This document shows positions 12,471 through 25,820 of a DNA stretch of 64,000 bases, piece by piece (the stretch's first letter is position 1; each line of letters begins with the position of its first letter). This DNA comes from Camelus dromedarius (lineage: Eukaryota): the NCBI RefSeq assembly GCF_036321535.1, contig NC_087437.1, forward strand, positions 72,852,001-72,916,000, in the 5' to 3' direction. Position numbers and translations under genes: made by a program. The notes under the pieces are model-generated. The model made no database searches. It saw nothing but the letters and a program-made list of their open reading frames with translations, and was not told where the DNA came from.

Positions 12471-14159
12471 TTTTAATTATGTCATTTCCTTGCTCTAAAC
12501 TTGCACTGGCTCCTCCTTGCCTGAGAAATACAGGAAAAGCCAGCAGCTTTATGGGAAGTGGAAACTGATTATATACAGCTAGGATGAAAGAGAAAGATGA
12601 GCTCCAGCCACAAAATTTAAAGATTCCAATAAAGGGGTCCAATTCTGTTTCCTAACATGTTAAACAAAGCTATCAATCCAAGACAAGTCTGCTCAATTGA
12701 ATTTTCACTAAGGACGCAGTTGAGATACTGAATCTCTCTGCCCACTGCTGCCTGCCATCTGTTTTTCCATCTCAGGATGACCCCATAGTTACAGATCCTG
12801 ATTTTCACAGAAGTAAGTATGAAACAGATAGGTTTTGGCTATTAGGTCAAGTGTTGAACTGGAAATTCAGTGACTTAATATTCCAATGAACCGGCTGTGT
12901 CACCAGGGACTTAAGGCTACTTGCTTGACCTTTTTTAATGTTTCACATTATGGGGATAATTTTTCTCAGGGTTGTTGTTAAGAGAGCTAATAAAACATTA
13001 CCATACAGCACCCAGCTCTGACTAGAGATTTAACGTCGGTGCTCAAAAAGTTCTAAACTGTTGTTTGAGCATTTGTTTCTAAGGTGCAGATAGTGATGCT
13101 ATGACCAGGACAGTTCTTTTAGACTCATTTGAATGTCTGGCTATTCACAAGAACTAGGTGTTTCTGTGAGTTACAGACACGTCTAAAGAAGACAAGCAAA
13201 GGACATTTACTGTGTTTCTCAAATGGGAACAAAAAGAAGCTCTGTTCATAAGGTCTTTCTCTTATTGTTCATCTCAAAATGATGATTCCCAAGGGATAAG
13301 TATTGTATTTATCAGACTGTCATAGACTCTCCAAAACTTTAACATGGGTAGATGGATACACTATACCTTTAATGTTAATATTAAAAGTTAGCTTTATAAA
13401 AAGCTTTTCAACCCAACAATTCCCAAGAAGAAAGTTACAGGTAGTGAAGAAAGTTACAGGTATTGAAATGAATTTGCTAGTCCAGAAGGCAAATATGGAT
13501 ATGATTAAAGGGTGCATTTCCTTCCTCCTATCCCACGCCTGCTGGTAGGCCTTTCTGTGGCTCTCCCTTTGGTTCCTCTCCCAAAACCCCAGACAAGGTC
13601 TGAGGACCCCAACAACTGAGTGCTGGTAGAGGGAAATCACCTAATAGCTTTTCATTCCTCTAGTCTGTTGGGCACTGATAGGTAATGTTATCGAGACAAG
13701 CCCTGATGTGGTTTATTGCTTTCCTGTCACACAGCCTAGTTCTGTCCTGCATCCTATATGGCTCCCAAAGGTAATCAAAGTGACTAGGTGGAAAATTCCA
13801 GGCAATTTTTAAGGATCCATATGGGTGGAGGGCAATGTTACTTCCAATGAATAATTCACTGGTAATTAGTCTTCAAAAGAAAATTTTCTCTCTCATGGGC
13901 TATTAGCATTCATGTTAAATTCCCTATGACCTCGTAAATAGCTAAATGCTTTGATCCTATTGGAAATATCAATCCCTTGTTTTCCATTACAACTGCCCCC
14001 ACCTTCAGTACAAGGAAGGAGGGGAGCGGTATGGGGCAATTGCTGAGGGATTACTCAGTATTTGAAGCCTGCACTTAGGGCATGGATGTGATGGCGGGTG
14101 GGACAGGAGTAGGCAGACATTGGAATTATAAGCTTCTAAATCAAGCCTCTGTTCTCAAT

Positions 14160-14800
14160 AGCACTAATTAAAATTTGTAATTATTTTATTTTGTTTATTT
14201 TTTTATTTCTCAATCCCTCAACTCCCCCACTGCTATAATTCTAAGCTTTGTGAGATCAGGGACCCTTTTATGCTGTTCATCACTGTACGCCCTATGCCTC
14301 CCACAGTACTTCATAAATGACAGACACCATAAAATATTTGTTGAATAATTACATAAATTGGTCTTGAGAACTGAAAATCTAATTTCATCACTTCAATGCT
14401 TAAGAATTCTTCAGTGACTCTTCCAAGGCATTAGGATAAAATAAATCCAAAATCTTTGGTTTAGCATTAAATAAATAAATGAAAAGTAAGTCATCTGGTT
14501 ATTCCAGATTATTTCCCCAGCTAGTAGCCTATGGTTCCCTCCACCTTCTCCCTGCAAGGAGGGGAAGTTTCAAACACAATAAACAACCTGCAGTTATTCC
14601 CATGTCATATTCATTCACTTCTTTCCACATAACCAGCAATAGTCAGTTCAAGGGGTCATTCATCCCAGAAAGCTTTTCCCAACTCCCTCCCTGGTCTTGG
14701 AAGTACCTAGATGCTAAGGTACTTCATGTTATTGCATTGCAACTCTTCTGTTTTATCTTCTACCTCTGCTCAAAATTTAAACTCCTTCAGGAAAGAAGCC
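14160..14800 (+). mobile_element. L2 fragments including a 3' end
   Basis: TAAGCTTTGTGAGATCAGGGACC...GTTCATCACTGTA...AAATATTTGTTGAAT, then TTCTTCAGTGACTCTTCC...TTAGGATAAAAT. Apparently interrupted by the MLT2 at 14801. Confidence 0.55.
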
Positions 14801-15285
14801 TGTGATGGTTAATTTTGTGTCAACTTGGCTAAGCTATGATGGTCAGCTGTTCAGTCAAACACTAGGCTAGATGCTGCTGTAAAGGTATGTTTTTAGATAT
14901 GATTTACATTCAAATCAGTAGACCTTGAGTAAAACAAACTACCCTTCATGACGTGACGGGTATCATCCAACAGTTGAGACTTTAAGAGCAGAAGATTGAG
15001 GTTTCCCAAAGAAGGAATTCTCCTCAAGACCGCAACGTGGAAACACTGTCTCAGTTTCCAGCCTGCTCTCCCCTGGAATCAGGATTCAAGCCTGCAGAAT
15101 TAACTCTTACCTGAATTTCCAGCCTGTGGGCCTGCTCTACAGATTTCAGACCTGCCAGCACCCACCATGTGAGACAATTCTTTAAAATCTCTCTCTCTCT
15201 CCCCCCTTTTCTCACTCTTTTATGTATATATTTACATTTACATCTCCTATTGGTTCTGCTTCTCTGGAGAAACTTCACTAACACA
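14801..15285 (+). mobile_element. MLT2-type (ERVL) solo LTR
   Basis: Starts TGTGATGGTTAATTTTGTGTCAACTTGGCT and ends TCCTATTGGTTCTGCTTCTCTGGAGAAACTTCACTAACACA (TG...CA). Confidence 0.9.
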
Positions 15286-16699
15286 GGAGCTTTCTATTTT
15301 AACTCCTGTGCATAAAACTTAGCACAATAAGTAAGTGGAAAATTAAATCTAGCTTGAAATCCCTTAATAGAAGAGGACTTCACAGTGCAGCTAATATAAA
15401 TGAGGTTGACTGAACCAGGTCCCCAGCAAATCCCCGAGCACCGCCCCTGCCCCCTGATAACTAGATCATCTGACACATAATAAAAATTAATAAGGAGAAT
15501 ATACATTTTATGAATCCATTTATTTTGTTTGGAATTCTGGAGACCACATTACAAAGATTCCATCCAGTACCACGAGCCCTGTGAATAAAAAGCAGTTGGG
15601 TTCGTGTCTCGTCCTTCTGAGAAGGGAGACAGCAGGATCAGCTGCTCTTCTAGAGCACCTAAAACTTTGTACCTTTCTCTCTGCATCCCATTCCACTCCT
15701 TTTTATATGGGCTTTGACTTTTGTGTGACTGATAAGTCACTGGAAAAGACCTCTCCACACCAGCTGCTTTGGCCTGCCTGTCATTCAGTATCTGGTCCAA
15801 ACAAAACCTCAGCATGTCTTCAGTGGGGTAAATAAGCATGTGACCAAAGCTCCAGGCTAGGATTGACAGCCTTGGGGTATCTTCCTGGTGTTTGCTGGAT
15901 TCCTGGGTTTGTGCTGGGAACTGCCAAGTCATTCCCAATATGCACGGCAGAGAGTAGGTACTCATAAATATTTACTGAATACCCCTGAGAATGAAGTGCA
16001 CACCAGGAGGGTTCTCACCAACATGTTGTCCATCACCGACTCCATCCTCCTGAGTCTCCTCTTTATGGGCATTATCCTCCTCCATCAGGGTCTTCTGATG
16101 AGTCTCAAAGGAGAAACTTGGATTGATGTCAGCCTGTGCTCAGCAAGAAAAGAGAGGTACCATGAGTGGGAAGCTGGAAGCTGAGGTGACCTCTGAAAAC
16201 TGAAGGTCAACAGAGCTGACGTCTGGGGAATACTAACTGCTATTGAATTTGTTGAATTCCCACCGCTGAATATCCTTTAGAATGACAAAACTTAAACACC
16301 ATCACCACCAACCACCACCACCAAAAGCATACTTTTGGCTAGAATAATTAAGGTTTTTAAAAAAATGATGATGGCAAACAAGCAATGGGCAATATTCAGA
16401 CCAAGAGAAGAATCAGTTTTTCAGCATAGTTGTTTCTGCTTGAGGTTTATTATTGCTTGTTTTCTATTTTCATCCCATGTTAATTGTTTACTAGTCACCT
16501 TGTTAGACATTATGCCTTTGTTACCTCTTTTCATTTTATAAAATCTCACATTATAGGAACAGAAACCAGTGTCCTTGTTTTTAAGAGCTCCCCAAGGAGC
16601 TCCTGACTTTAAGTCAGGCCTCCCACAGCTCTCATCTGTTCAGTTTTCTCTGCAGACTTCATATGCCTCAGGGGATGGTATGGTCCCACCATCATATTA

Positions 16700-16852
16700 G
16701 GGCTCCCATTTGTTGTGTACCTATTTTACCAAATATTTCTCATTTGATTTTCACAGTGACTCTTAGACTAAGTATTATCATTCCCACTTTACAGATGAGA
16801 AGCCTGAGGCTCAGGAAGAATAAGAGAGTTATCAAAATCACATAACCAGTAA
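16700..16852 (-). mobile_element. MIR
   Basis: ATTATCATTCCCACTTTACAGATGAGAAGCCTGAGGCTCAG core. Confidence 0.8.
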
Positions 16853-16934
16853 TGTACATTACCTCATAAGATAACAACCCCCATCTCCTAGTCAAATGCT
16901 AAAAAAATCAGAGTTTGTTTACATGGTTCTTAGT

Positions 16935-17500
16935 GTATTAGGGAGGATGGATTTTAATGGTGGCAGAATTGGAGGCAGAAAGACCAATTAGAGGTCTACA
17001 CAGTACTTCAAGGGAAAGATGTTAAGAAACTAAACTAGCACATTTGTTTAAGATAGCAAGATTCAGGCTGTGATATATATGGGAGGTAAAGGTCATCAGG
17101 TCAGGATGATTTACTGGTACTGGGAGGTGGGTGCAGGGGAGAGTATGGTATGAATCTGGATAAGTGGTGGATGATGGCACCATTAGATAAGAATGGAAAT
17201 ACTGGAAGTGGAGCAGATTTGGAGTGAGGAGGGGAATTTGATTTTGAACATATTGAGTTGGAGGATATCTGCAGATCATTCAAGTGAAGTGCAGGGTAGA
17301 GATCATGAGCCAAGCTGGTTTATAGGCTGAGGGAAGATAGAGAGGGAGACAGTAAAGATCTAGGAGAGAGGGGATTAAGTGATGGAGCAAGTTTCTGGGA
17401 GAAGAGAGAGAGGATGAGGTCAAGAACCCAGCTGAGGGCTGGCCTTGACCAGAAGACGTCCTCCTCGTCTTAAGAAGCCGGGTGGAGGAAAGGAGAAGAG
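16935..17500 (-). mobile_element. L2 fragment
   Basis: GGAGGCAGAAAGACCAATTAGAGG, GATGATGGCACCATT, TTTTGAACATATTGAGTTGGAGG. Confidence 0.7.
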
Positions 17501-17664
17501 GATGGACGCCCACGTAGATCAAGAGCTGTGTGGCAGGAAGAGTTTAAGCATTCCTCATTTTACATACTGACGGTCTCACTTCTGCCAATGAAGTAGAAGG
17601 CCAACTCTCCATGGGAAGTCTACCACTCTGAATATTTTTGTAGGAGATAAATGCTGAAATATAG

Positions 17665-18620
17665 ACTTCAAAACTTGAAAAACTTTCATGCTGCAAATAA
17701 TACCCAGAAAGAGAAAAGACAATCCACAGAATGGGAGAAAATATTTGCAAATCATATATCTGATAAGGGACTTGTATCTAAAATATAAAAGAACTCTTAA
17801 AATTCAAAATGGTCACAGATCTGAGTAGAATTTTTTTCCAAAGAAAATACACACATGGCCAATAAGCACACGAAAAGATGCTGACATCATTAATCATTAA
17901 GGAAAAGCACGTAAATGCCACAATCTGACACCAGTTCAGACCCACTGGGATGACTATGAAAAAGACAGATAACGGCGCATATCGGCATGTAAAATGCCAC
18001 TTTGGAAAACAATCTCTCAGTTCGTCAAAAGGTTAAACACAGAGCAGCGATAAGACTCAGCAATTCCACATACAGCTATTTACCCCAAAGAAAGGAAAAC
18101 ATATGTTCACATATAACTTGAATACAATGTTCATAACATCATTATTCATAACAGCCAAAAAGTGGAAATAACTCAGATGTCTGTCCTTTAACTGGTCAAT
18201 GGATAAATAAAATGTGGTATATCTGTACCATGGAATATTATTTGGCTATAAAAAGGAATGAAGAACCGATATACACTCTGACATAGATGAACCTTGAAAA
18301 CGTTATGTTCAGTGAGAGAAGCCAGTCACAAAGGAGCACATATTATATGATTCTATTTATAGGAAATGTCCAGAATAGGCAAGTCGGTAGAGACAGAGTA
18401 GCTTGGTGGTTATCTGGAGCTGTTTGTGGGGGACATGGTGGAGGAGGGACAGGGAGGGACCACTGATGGTTATGGGGCTTCTTTTGGGAGTTGATGAAAA
18501 TGTCCTAAAAGTCGATTGTGGGCAACTCTGTGAATATATTTTTAAAAAATGAATTTTACACTTTAAATGGATGACTTGTATGCTATGGGAATTTTACTTC
18601 AGTAAGCCATTTTAAAAAAA
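17665..18620 (+). mobile_element. L1MB-type L1 (end of ORF2 plus 3' UTR)
   Basis: ACAGAATGGGAGAAAATATTTGCAAATCATATATCTGATAAGGG, ATGGATAAATAAAATGTGGTATAT, GAACCTTGAAAACGTTATG, GAAGCCAGTCACAAAGG, A-rich tail. Confidence 0.9.
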
Positions 18621-18689
18621 CAGAAATTTGAGGTCTGAGGAAAGGATTACTGACAGAGGCAAAAACTGAAGAACACTGCTGAAGACCAG

Positions 18690-18935
18690 ATATTAATAAT
18701 AACTGTCATTATCTCTGAGGATTCACACGCCAGGCACTGTGCTAAGTGATTCACCTGCATTATCTCCTTTCATCTTCACCACAAATCCACACATATTAGG
18801 TATACTTCCCTCATTTTACAGACAACACAATTAAAGCTCGGAAAACGTAAAGAACTTGTTCAGGGTCAACAGTGAGAAAGAGACAGACACAAAATGTAGC
18901 CCCTCATCTTTGTCAGTCTGGAGCCTGTTTCTTAA
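18690..18935 (-). mobile_element. MIR
   Basis: GCCAGGCACTGTGCTAAGTG...CCCTCATTTTACAGA...AACTTGTTCAGGGTCA. Confidence 0.75.
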
Positions 18936-19804
18936 TACCCGTACTCTGTTGTCTCTCACAAATTTTGCCTTTCTATTTGACTTCATCTTTCTAGGTTCAG
19001 CACAAATGCCAGTGTCTTTATGCCAGCATCCCCATAAGTCTGTGTCTACCATTCTTTGAGTGTAGCAGCCTTTCATCTCTGCAATGCTAATAAAGAGTCG
19101 CAAAATAAGTGCATCAATAAATTAGCACTCTCTTTACCTCCTCCACACTCAGGAGTCCTAGAAGCATGACCACTGCTCTGTACTGAGCGACTTCCCAAGC
19201 TTCAGAACACTAAGAGATAAAGTAGCCAAGAGCTCTACCCAGAGATAATGCTTCTCTCCCTACTCCTCTGTTTGGAGAGGTTATGGGTGAGCAGAAAGGA
19301 ACAAAAGCCAATCTCATCTCTTAGATAATGGAGACAGAGCACACACCCACGCCCCTCTGGAGCTGGTTCTCTCAGGTTTTGAGATCTTGCTGCTCTCCGC
19401 CAGCTTTCCTCACCTATTAAATGCAGATAGACCTAAATTAGTCCTCACCATGTAGCAGGCATTCAAGAAATTTTATCCTCCTTTTCCATTCTTTTCGCAG
19501 TCCCTCATCCCATCCCCATGGGGCTAGAACTTACTGTTTATATCCAAGCATCTAGTCTGGGGTGGGGGACTAAAAGAAGAGGCAAAAGACGAACCTGGCT
19601 CGCCAAACTGGTCTACCTAATCTCCTCTGTGCTCGGTAATCACAGCAGAACGCTGGGACCCAGTTAAGCTGAAACGCTAAGTGTTTCCTGAGGCAACTAT
19701 GACATCTGTTTACATATATCTTAATGCCATGTGAAAAATAATATAAGAAGCAGCAGAAGAAAAATAGTCCTTTATAGTAAAATGTCCCAGTGTTTATGTG
19801 GGTT

Positions 19805-20212
19805 AGATTGTGCCAGACATCGTACTGGTCTTTTTTTTTTTAATTGAGGTAACATTGGTTGGAAGCATTATACACTTTCCATGAGTACATTATATTTAGA
19901 CTTCTGTGTACACCGCAGTGTGCTCACCACTGAAAGCTTAGTTTCCATCGATCAGCATACAGTTGACCCCCTTCACTCATTGTGCCTTTGCCCCCTGTTA
20001 ACCACTACCCTGTTCTCTGCATCTGTGTGTTCGTGCTGGAGTCTTTACAGACATCATTTAGTCCTCACACAGCCCACTGGGGTAGGTTCTCCTGTCGGAC
20101 AGATGAGAAAATACAAGGTAGAAGAGCAGGAATAATTTCTCCAAGGTTATTCAGTCAGGAAGGGGAGGGAGGCAGGAACCTCGCAAAGGTCTGTGTGACT
20201 CTAAAGCCAGGT
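19805..20212 (-). mobile_element. MIR interrupted by an L1 3' end
   Basis: GTGCCAGACATCGTACT on the left of the L1; ATTTAGTCCTCACACAGCCC...ACAGATGAGAAAAT...GGTCTGTGTGACTCTAAAGCC on the right. Confidence 0.7.
19834..20030 (-). mobile_element. L1MA9-like short 3' end nested in a MIR
   Basis: Poly(T) then AATTGAGGTAACATTGGTT...GTGTGCTCACCAC...CATACAGTTGACCCCCTTCAC...TAACCACTAC. Degenerate TSD TCGTACTGG--TCTTT / TCGTGCTGGAGTCTTT. Confidence 0.8.
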
Positions 20213-20354
20213 CTCTCTGTCTCTCTGTGACACCGCCCCCCACATCCTTTCTGTTATCACCAAGCCCCATTTCATGGACATTGTTTTCCTAAAAACAGTG
20301 TGAAGGAACATGATTGTAACACGTAAATATATTCACAAGCAGTCATCCTACATC

Positions 20355-20865
20355 ACTGCAAAATACTAGATTAAATATTTAAAAACAGAACACAATATCA
20401 CATTAAGAAAATGTACCATGATCCAGCGGGATTCATTTCTGGAATGTAAGGATGATTTGGTGTTAGGAAATCTATTAATATGAACATGACATTAGTAGAT
20501 GTAAGAGTAATAATCATATGATTATTCTGTGGATGAAAAAAAAAAGCTTTTTGAAAGAAATTTCCTGAAAAAATCACTGAAGAAAATAGAAATTGATGCG
20601 TATTCTCTAAAAAGCCAGAATTGTGCTTATTGGGGGTAATATTAGAGGCAATTCTAATAAGATTAGGAAAGAGTCAGGAATGCTCACTATCTCTGTTACT
20701 ATCGGCCATTGTTCTAGACATATTAGTCTGCACAATTTAAAAAGAGAAAGCAATAAGAGGCCCATGAGTTGGAAAAGAAGTAAAAACTATTTTGGGGCGA
20801 TCTGGTAGTTTACCTAGAGAACCAGAGAAAATCAACAATAAACTAACACAGACAGTAAAATTAAT
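20355..20865 (+). mobile_element. Ancient L1 ORF2 (RT-domain) fragment
   Basis: CATGATCCAGCGGGATTCATTTCTGGAATG translates to HDPAGFISGM (cf. L1 HDQVGFIPGM). Stop-riddled. Confidence 0.7.
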
Positions 20866-20874
20866 GTACTCTTT

Positions 20875-21247
20875 TTAAAATGTTAAAGATAATGTTAATT
20901 TTACAATAATTTCAGAGATACTTTCAGAAATAATTTCAGAATAGCTTCAGAAAAGCTACAAGAATAGCACAAAAAACAATTCTTTCTGGAATCACTTGGG
21001 GATAAGTTTTGAACATGGTGCCCATCATTCCTGAATAGTTTAGGGTGTAACTCATCAAACAAGGACATTCTCAGGTAACTACAACATAAGGATCAAAATC
21101 AAGAAATTATCATTGACACTTACTAACACTGAATTCACAAACTCCATTTAAGTTTAATCAGTTGTCCTGGTAATATTCTTTCTCAGATCTAATCTGGGAT
21201 CATGTGTTGCATTTAATGATCACATCTCTTTAGTCTTGTTCAGTCTG
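20875..21247 (-). mobile_element. L1MC-type 3' UTR fragment
   Basis: AACAAGGACATTCTC...ATCAAAATCAAGAAATT...GATCATGTGTTGCATTTA...TCTCTTTAGTC. Confidence 0.65.
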
Positions 21248-22126
21248 CAAAAGTGCAACCTGGGTGGCCTCTCACAGACTAATTTATCCTTACTTCGACC
21301 CCCCCTGCACCAGGGGTGATGGAAACGGCAGAGAATGATCGCAACCAAATGCCATCCTGCCAGACATATAAAATGAGTAATTGCTTGAGTGTGTAACAAG
21401 AAGCCTAGAAGTTATATTATGCTTTTATCTTCTTTTATTTTTACCATAAAGGTTTTAAAAGAGACTGTAAAAATAGAAATATATTAAACCATTCACTCGT
21501 TGTTGAATTCTTTCTAGTTAGGATGCTCACAAGCAAAAAATGTCTTGTTTCCAAACGGTCTAAGACAATCTCTCTTAAGTTCGATTTAACAGTATATCTC
21601 CTAGATCAGAATATTCTCAGACCTGTTTTGCTCTTCAAGTAAATCTCAGTTAAGGAGCCTGTTTTTAGATTAAATTTTAAGTGAGCACACAGAGAACACA
21701 ACTATCTCCTTTGAGTTAGACATGAATTCTAAGTCAGTTAAAAAAAAAATCTAATCTGACTGCCTCAAAGTTCTGTTGGGAATTCTTGGAAATCTGTCAG
21801 ATTACTACTAATTCCAAGGAGTGGTAGTTTGAATTTCTTTATATGTAAAACTTACAACTACTTTTGCCTAATTCTATTTTTATGATAGTCAAATCATTAG
21901 ATTTCATCCTAGCTGACTGTCGACTCTCTGAAGGGTTTTGAAAATACACCAGGTCTGTAGGTAACTGTCATGTTTTGCTTGCTTGATGAATCTTTGTCCT
22001 CATTATGCTTTCTGGATGACTTACTCAGATACATTATTGGACATTTCTTATTTCTTTTTTCTTTAGCCCAGATAGCTTTCTTGAGCTAGTGTAGTTAATC
22101 ACATTGAGAGTTCATAAGAGGTTTTT

Positions 22127-22162
22127 TGTTTGTTTGTTTGTTTGTTTGTTTGTTTGTTTGTT
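22127..22162. repeat. (GTTT)n microsatellite
   Basis: About 9 tandem TGTT units, directly visible. Confidence 0.95.
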
Positions 22163-22381
22163 TTTTAACAGCAAATTCTAGATATCCTGGAGTGCCTGGG
22201 GTCTATGCTTCTTTAAGTTGACTCAGTGGGAGTGTTTATGAATACAGGGTTCTATTTTCTAGTCACCTCCTTGATGACAGAGTACCACCCCCCCACTTTT
22301 TTTGGGCTACATTTCTCTGTGGGAGCCATTTTCCTCAGAATAGGTTGGAAAGAAAGAGAGAGAGAAGGATTGTGGGAGAGG

Positions 22382-22557
22382 TCAGTTCCTCTTCCAGGCT
22401 GTCTGCAGGTAAGGCGACACCAGGGAGTTTTTAAAAATACAGATTCCTTAACCTCACTCCAGACTTTCTAAACAGAATCTTTGGGGGTGTGTCCATTAAT
22501 ATGTACTTTTAAGGAGTGCCCAAAAGATTTTTTCCTTGACTAGCATTGAGAAGTTGT
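22382..22557. mobile_element. MER5-like hAT DNA transposon
   Basis: GGGAGTTTTTAAAAATACAGATTCC...CTCCAGAC...CAGAATCTTTGGGGGTG. Confidence 0.65.
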
Positions 22558-23019
22558 ATTCTACACATTGGTTTATCATAATGATGCCTAAAAAAATCAG
22601 AGTTTGGGAAATGATGCTCTCTATACCTCCTTCTCAGTAAGCCATAACTCACACTGATATATGCATTTAAGGAAAGTCTATTTAATTTTGTTGAACTCAG
22701 CATTTCCCAAATTTCTTTGAGTATAGAACATATATATATATATTTTTGGACGCAACACATATTACTCTAGCACACCCCAAAAACAGGCTTTGTGAAATAA
22801 TGGCCTAGAAAATATGACTCACCATGTCACCCCATCTTTATTAACAGTCAGCAGCTCTTTGATGTTTGGCCACTCAGCAATGAATGTAACTGCAGCTATT
22901 CCTCAGGGCTATTACACAAGGTTTCATAAGGCCTTCATGCCCAGTGTTACTCTCTGACTCTCCCTCTGCTTATTCCTAACCTTTAGATGTTTTTCTAAAA
23001 AAACCAACAACAGTTATGA

Positions 23020-23260
23020 AAGTTAATACACATTGATTGCTGACTATGTGCCAGACTCCGTTCTAAGCACTTTGCAGGCATTATACTACTTAATCCACAG
23101 CCCTGCAAGCAGCTTTTATTATTATTATAACAATATTACAACAGGATGCAGAGGAACAGAGCGATTAAGTAGCTAAACCTAAGAACATACACAGAAAGTG
23201 GTGAAGCAGGTATCACAGACATTAAATCCAGGTGTTCAGACTCAGAGCCTATCACATTAA
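23020..23260 (-). mobile_element. MIR
   Basis: ACTATGTGCCAGACTCCGTTCTAAGCACTTT...TTAAATCCAGGTGTTCAGACTCAGAGCC. Confidence 0.75.
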
Positions 23261-23802
23261 CTGCTCATTATTTTGCTTGAGCTTTAGCCATTGGTCTTCC
23301 TCTGCGTGCTCCTCCTTGACAGTGGCATTCAGCCAAAGTGTCACCTTGCCCATGGCTTCCTAAGTCCTCTCCCTAACTCTTGCTCTCTCTTCTGAGCCAC
23401 AGACCCACCTCCCTAACTGCTTTTTAGACGTCTCAGTGAGGAGTTACGTAACGGGAAACTCAACCTATTTCTAACAGAATCTCATTTTTCCTCTCCAAAC
23501 TTACCCCTCCTTTTGTGTCCCCTCTTTTCAGTCATTCATATATGTCTTCACGGGGCACATATGGGCATCTGCCATGTGTTTGGTACTGTGCTGTCTTGAG
23601 GGTACACATCAACGTGAACAGGACTTGGGTTCTCAGCCCTAGTGTCTGCTGCTCCATAACGTCAGTGTTACGTGCTCCGTCAAGCCCTCCTCCTCCTCCG
23701 TTATGTCCTTCCAGATTAAACCCCAGCAGCTGTTTTATTCCCTAAATTATTAATGAATTACATTCACTTGAAAAGACACTTGATTGTCCTGGGTTACCTT
23801 CC

Positions 23803-24287
23803 TGTGACAGGTCACCGGCACTTGTATTCTAAGAAGGGGGCACCATCCACACACTCTTCTTACAATGTGACGTCAATATTCCTTCATCATGAAGTGGGGT
23901 CTACACTTCCTCTCCAGGATCTGGGTGGTCCTGTATCTGCAGAGGGAGTGATACCAAGTGATACTTTCCAAGGTTAAGTCCCAACAGGCCAAACAGCTTC
24001 GGCCTGGCCCTTGGGGATGCTTATGCTTGGAACCCAAGCCCCAAGCCAGAAAGACTGCAAGGAAGGTATTTCAGGTGCCAGTCCCCCCTGAGAGCCCAGG
24101 TAACAGCCAGTGCCAGCCTCTAGACTTGTGAAAAAGCAGAATTCTGACAATTCTCATCACTCTAGATGATGCTGAGTGTAGAAAAGACGTCCCCCTGGGC
24201 AGATTTGTGAACAACATAAGTGTTGCCATTGTTTTAAGCTGCTGAGTTTTGGGGTGGCTTGTTAGGTAGCAATAGACAACCAGAACA
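23803..24287 (+). mobile_element. MLT1-type (ERVL-MaLR) solo LTR, MLT1H-like
   Basis: 3' end TTGTTTTAAGCTGCTGAGTTTTGGGGTGGCTTGTTAGGTAGCAATAGACAACCAGAACA; internal GAAGTGGGGTCTA; TG start. Confidence 0.8.
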
Positions 24288-24494
24288 GGCGCCTGCTGTT
24301 CTTTCAACCAGCTATTGCCAGGGGACAGTTACCATGACACAAGTTTCTCTGCCGGAAGGAATTGTTGCCAGGGAGGCAGGCACCATGACTAAATGTCAAT
24401 TATGTCCCATTCTTTAAAATTTTTAGTCGTCTATAGCACATAATAAAGTATTTTATACAGACTATCTGTCAAATAAGTATTTACTGAATTGAAA

Positions 24495-24690
24495 TATGGT
24501 GTGATAGTAAGAACATGCATTTTGCTGTCAGATATACTAAATTTCGGTCCACAACTCCAGCTGCTATACCTCTGGGGTAGAGAGTAAATTGCCTTCCTAA
24601 GTCATTAGTTTCCCGTCTTCTGAAACTGATGTGACGATTAAAATACTTCAGGCATGTGGAGTGCCTAAGAGTGTGTGGTTCATGGCAAAT
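24495..24690 (+). mobile_element. MIR
   Basis: ATGGTGTGATAGTAAGAACATGCATTTTGCTGTCAGA head; degenerate core. Confidence 0.5.
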
Positions 24691-24861
24691 CTCTTCCCCA
24701 GCTGCTTTCTCACTCCCAAATTTTTAAATAGGAGAAATAGGGATAAAATGAGAAAAACTGAAACTTGATTGTGAAGGATCCCGAATGTATGGCTAAGGTC
24801 CATTTTTCAGGCAATGGGAACTCCTGGAAGATTATAGAGATGTGATACGCATAAGACAATT

Positions 24862-25069
24862 AAAAAAGTTTTTACTGACGTGTAGTTGATTTATGATGTT
24901 AGTTTCAGGTATACAGCAATGCGATTCAGTTTTATAAATATACATATGTATATATATTTTCTTTTCAGATTCTTTTACATTATATGTTATTATAAGAAAT
25001 TGAATATAGTTCTCTGTGCTATATATTAAGTCCCTGTTGCTTATCTATTTTGTATATAGTAATATGTGT
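24862..25069 (-). mobile_element. Short cetartiodactyl-type L1 3'-end insertion
   Basis: GTAGTTGATTTA...TTAGTTTCAGGTATACAGCA...TTGAATATAGTTCTCTGTGCTATA...TTATCTATTTT. TSD GCATAAGACAATT (24849-24861) / GCATAAGATAATT (25070-25082). Confidence 0.9.
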
Positions 25070-25339
25070 GCATAAGATAATTTTTGAGGTTAATATGACC
25101 ATAATGTTAGAATGAGAGACCAGATATGAAAAAACCAGTGAGGAAGCTAAAGTCAGTGTCTAAGCATGTTGAACACTAAATAGTGTCTAAAACATGTAGT
25201 CAAGGTGATATCAGGTCTGGGTTAAATGGCAGAATGATACTACAAAGGAGGTTTCCAGAGACTTGAGTTGGGGTCTACAAAGGAGAAGAATAAAGACATT
25301 AAGTCCAAAATTGGCCTCAGTAATGTGACAGCACTTATT

Positions 25340-25820
25340 AAAAATTGTTCACATAGGATTCCCTATGATCCAGCAATGTCACTTCTAAAAACCAGTCTTA
25401 TAAAGAAATGATAACAGGAGTACTTAAAGTCATATGTGCCAAGATATTTACTGCAGTCTTGTGTGTGGGAGCCCAACATTAAAAAACTGAAACCACCATC
25501 AGTCAGGTAACAGTTAAGTAAACTATGGTATATCTATGCTATGGAATCGTCTGAGAATGAGTAAATCTAAATAAACTGACCTGAATACGTTTTAAGTAAA
25601 AAGAGTAACTATAAACCAGAATGCATAATTTCATCTTTTGTTAAAAGCAGAAGAAAAGCCTAAGTGTCAGAAAGGAAAAACTAAACTCGTGCTGTTTTCA
25701 TCTGGGGATTAAGAATGAATGGAGGGGTTTAGGGTAGAGTGGTCTGAAAATAATTGAATATTTTGTATAATTTTACCTTTTGGCATTCTTTGTTTTTTTC
25801 TTTAATAAAAAACATTAAAA
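25340..25820 (+). mobile_element. L1ME-type ancient L1 3' fragment
   Basis: CCCTATGATCCAGCAATGTCACTTCTA, GTTAAGTAAACTATGGTATATCTATGCTATGGAAT. Confidence 0.65.

Noticed and set aside
23868..23875. Perfect CRE palindrome TGACGTCA in the MLT1 LTR
   Set aside because: A single 8-mer with no supporting context.
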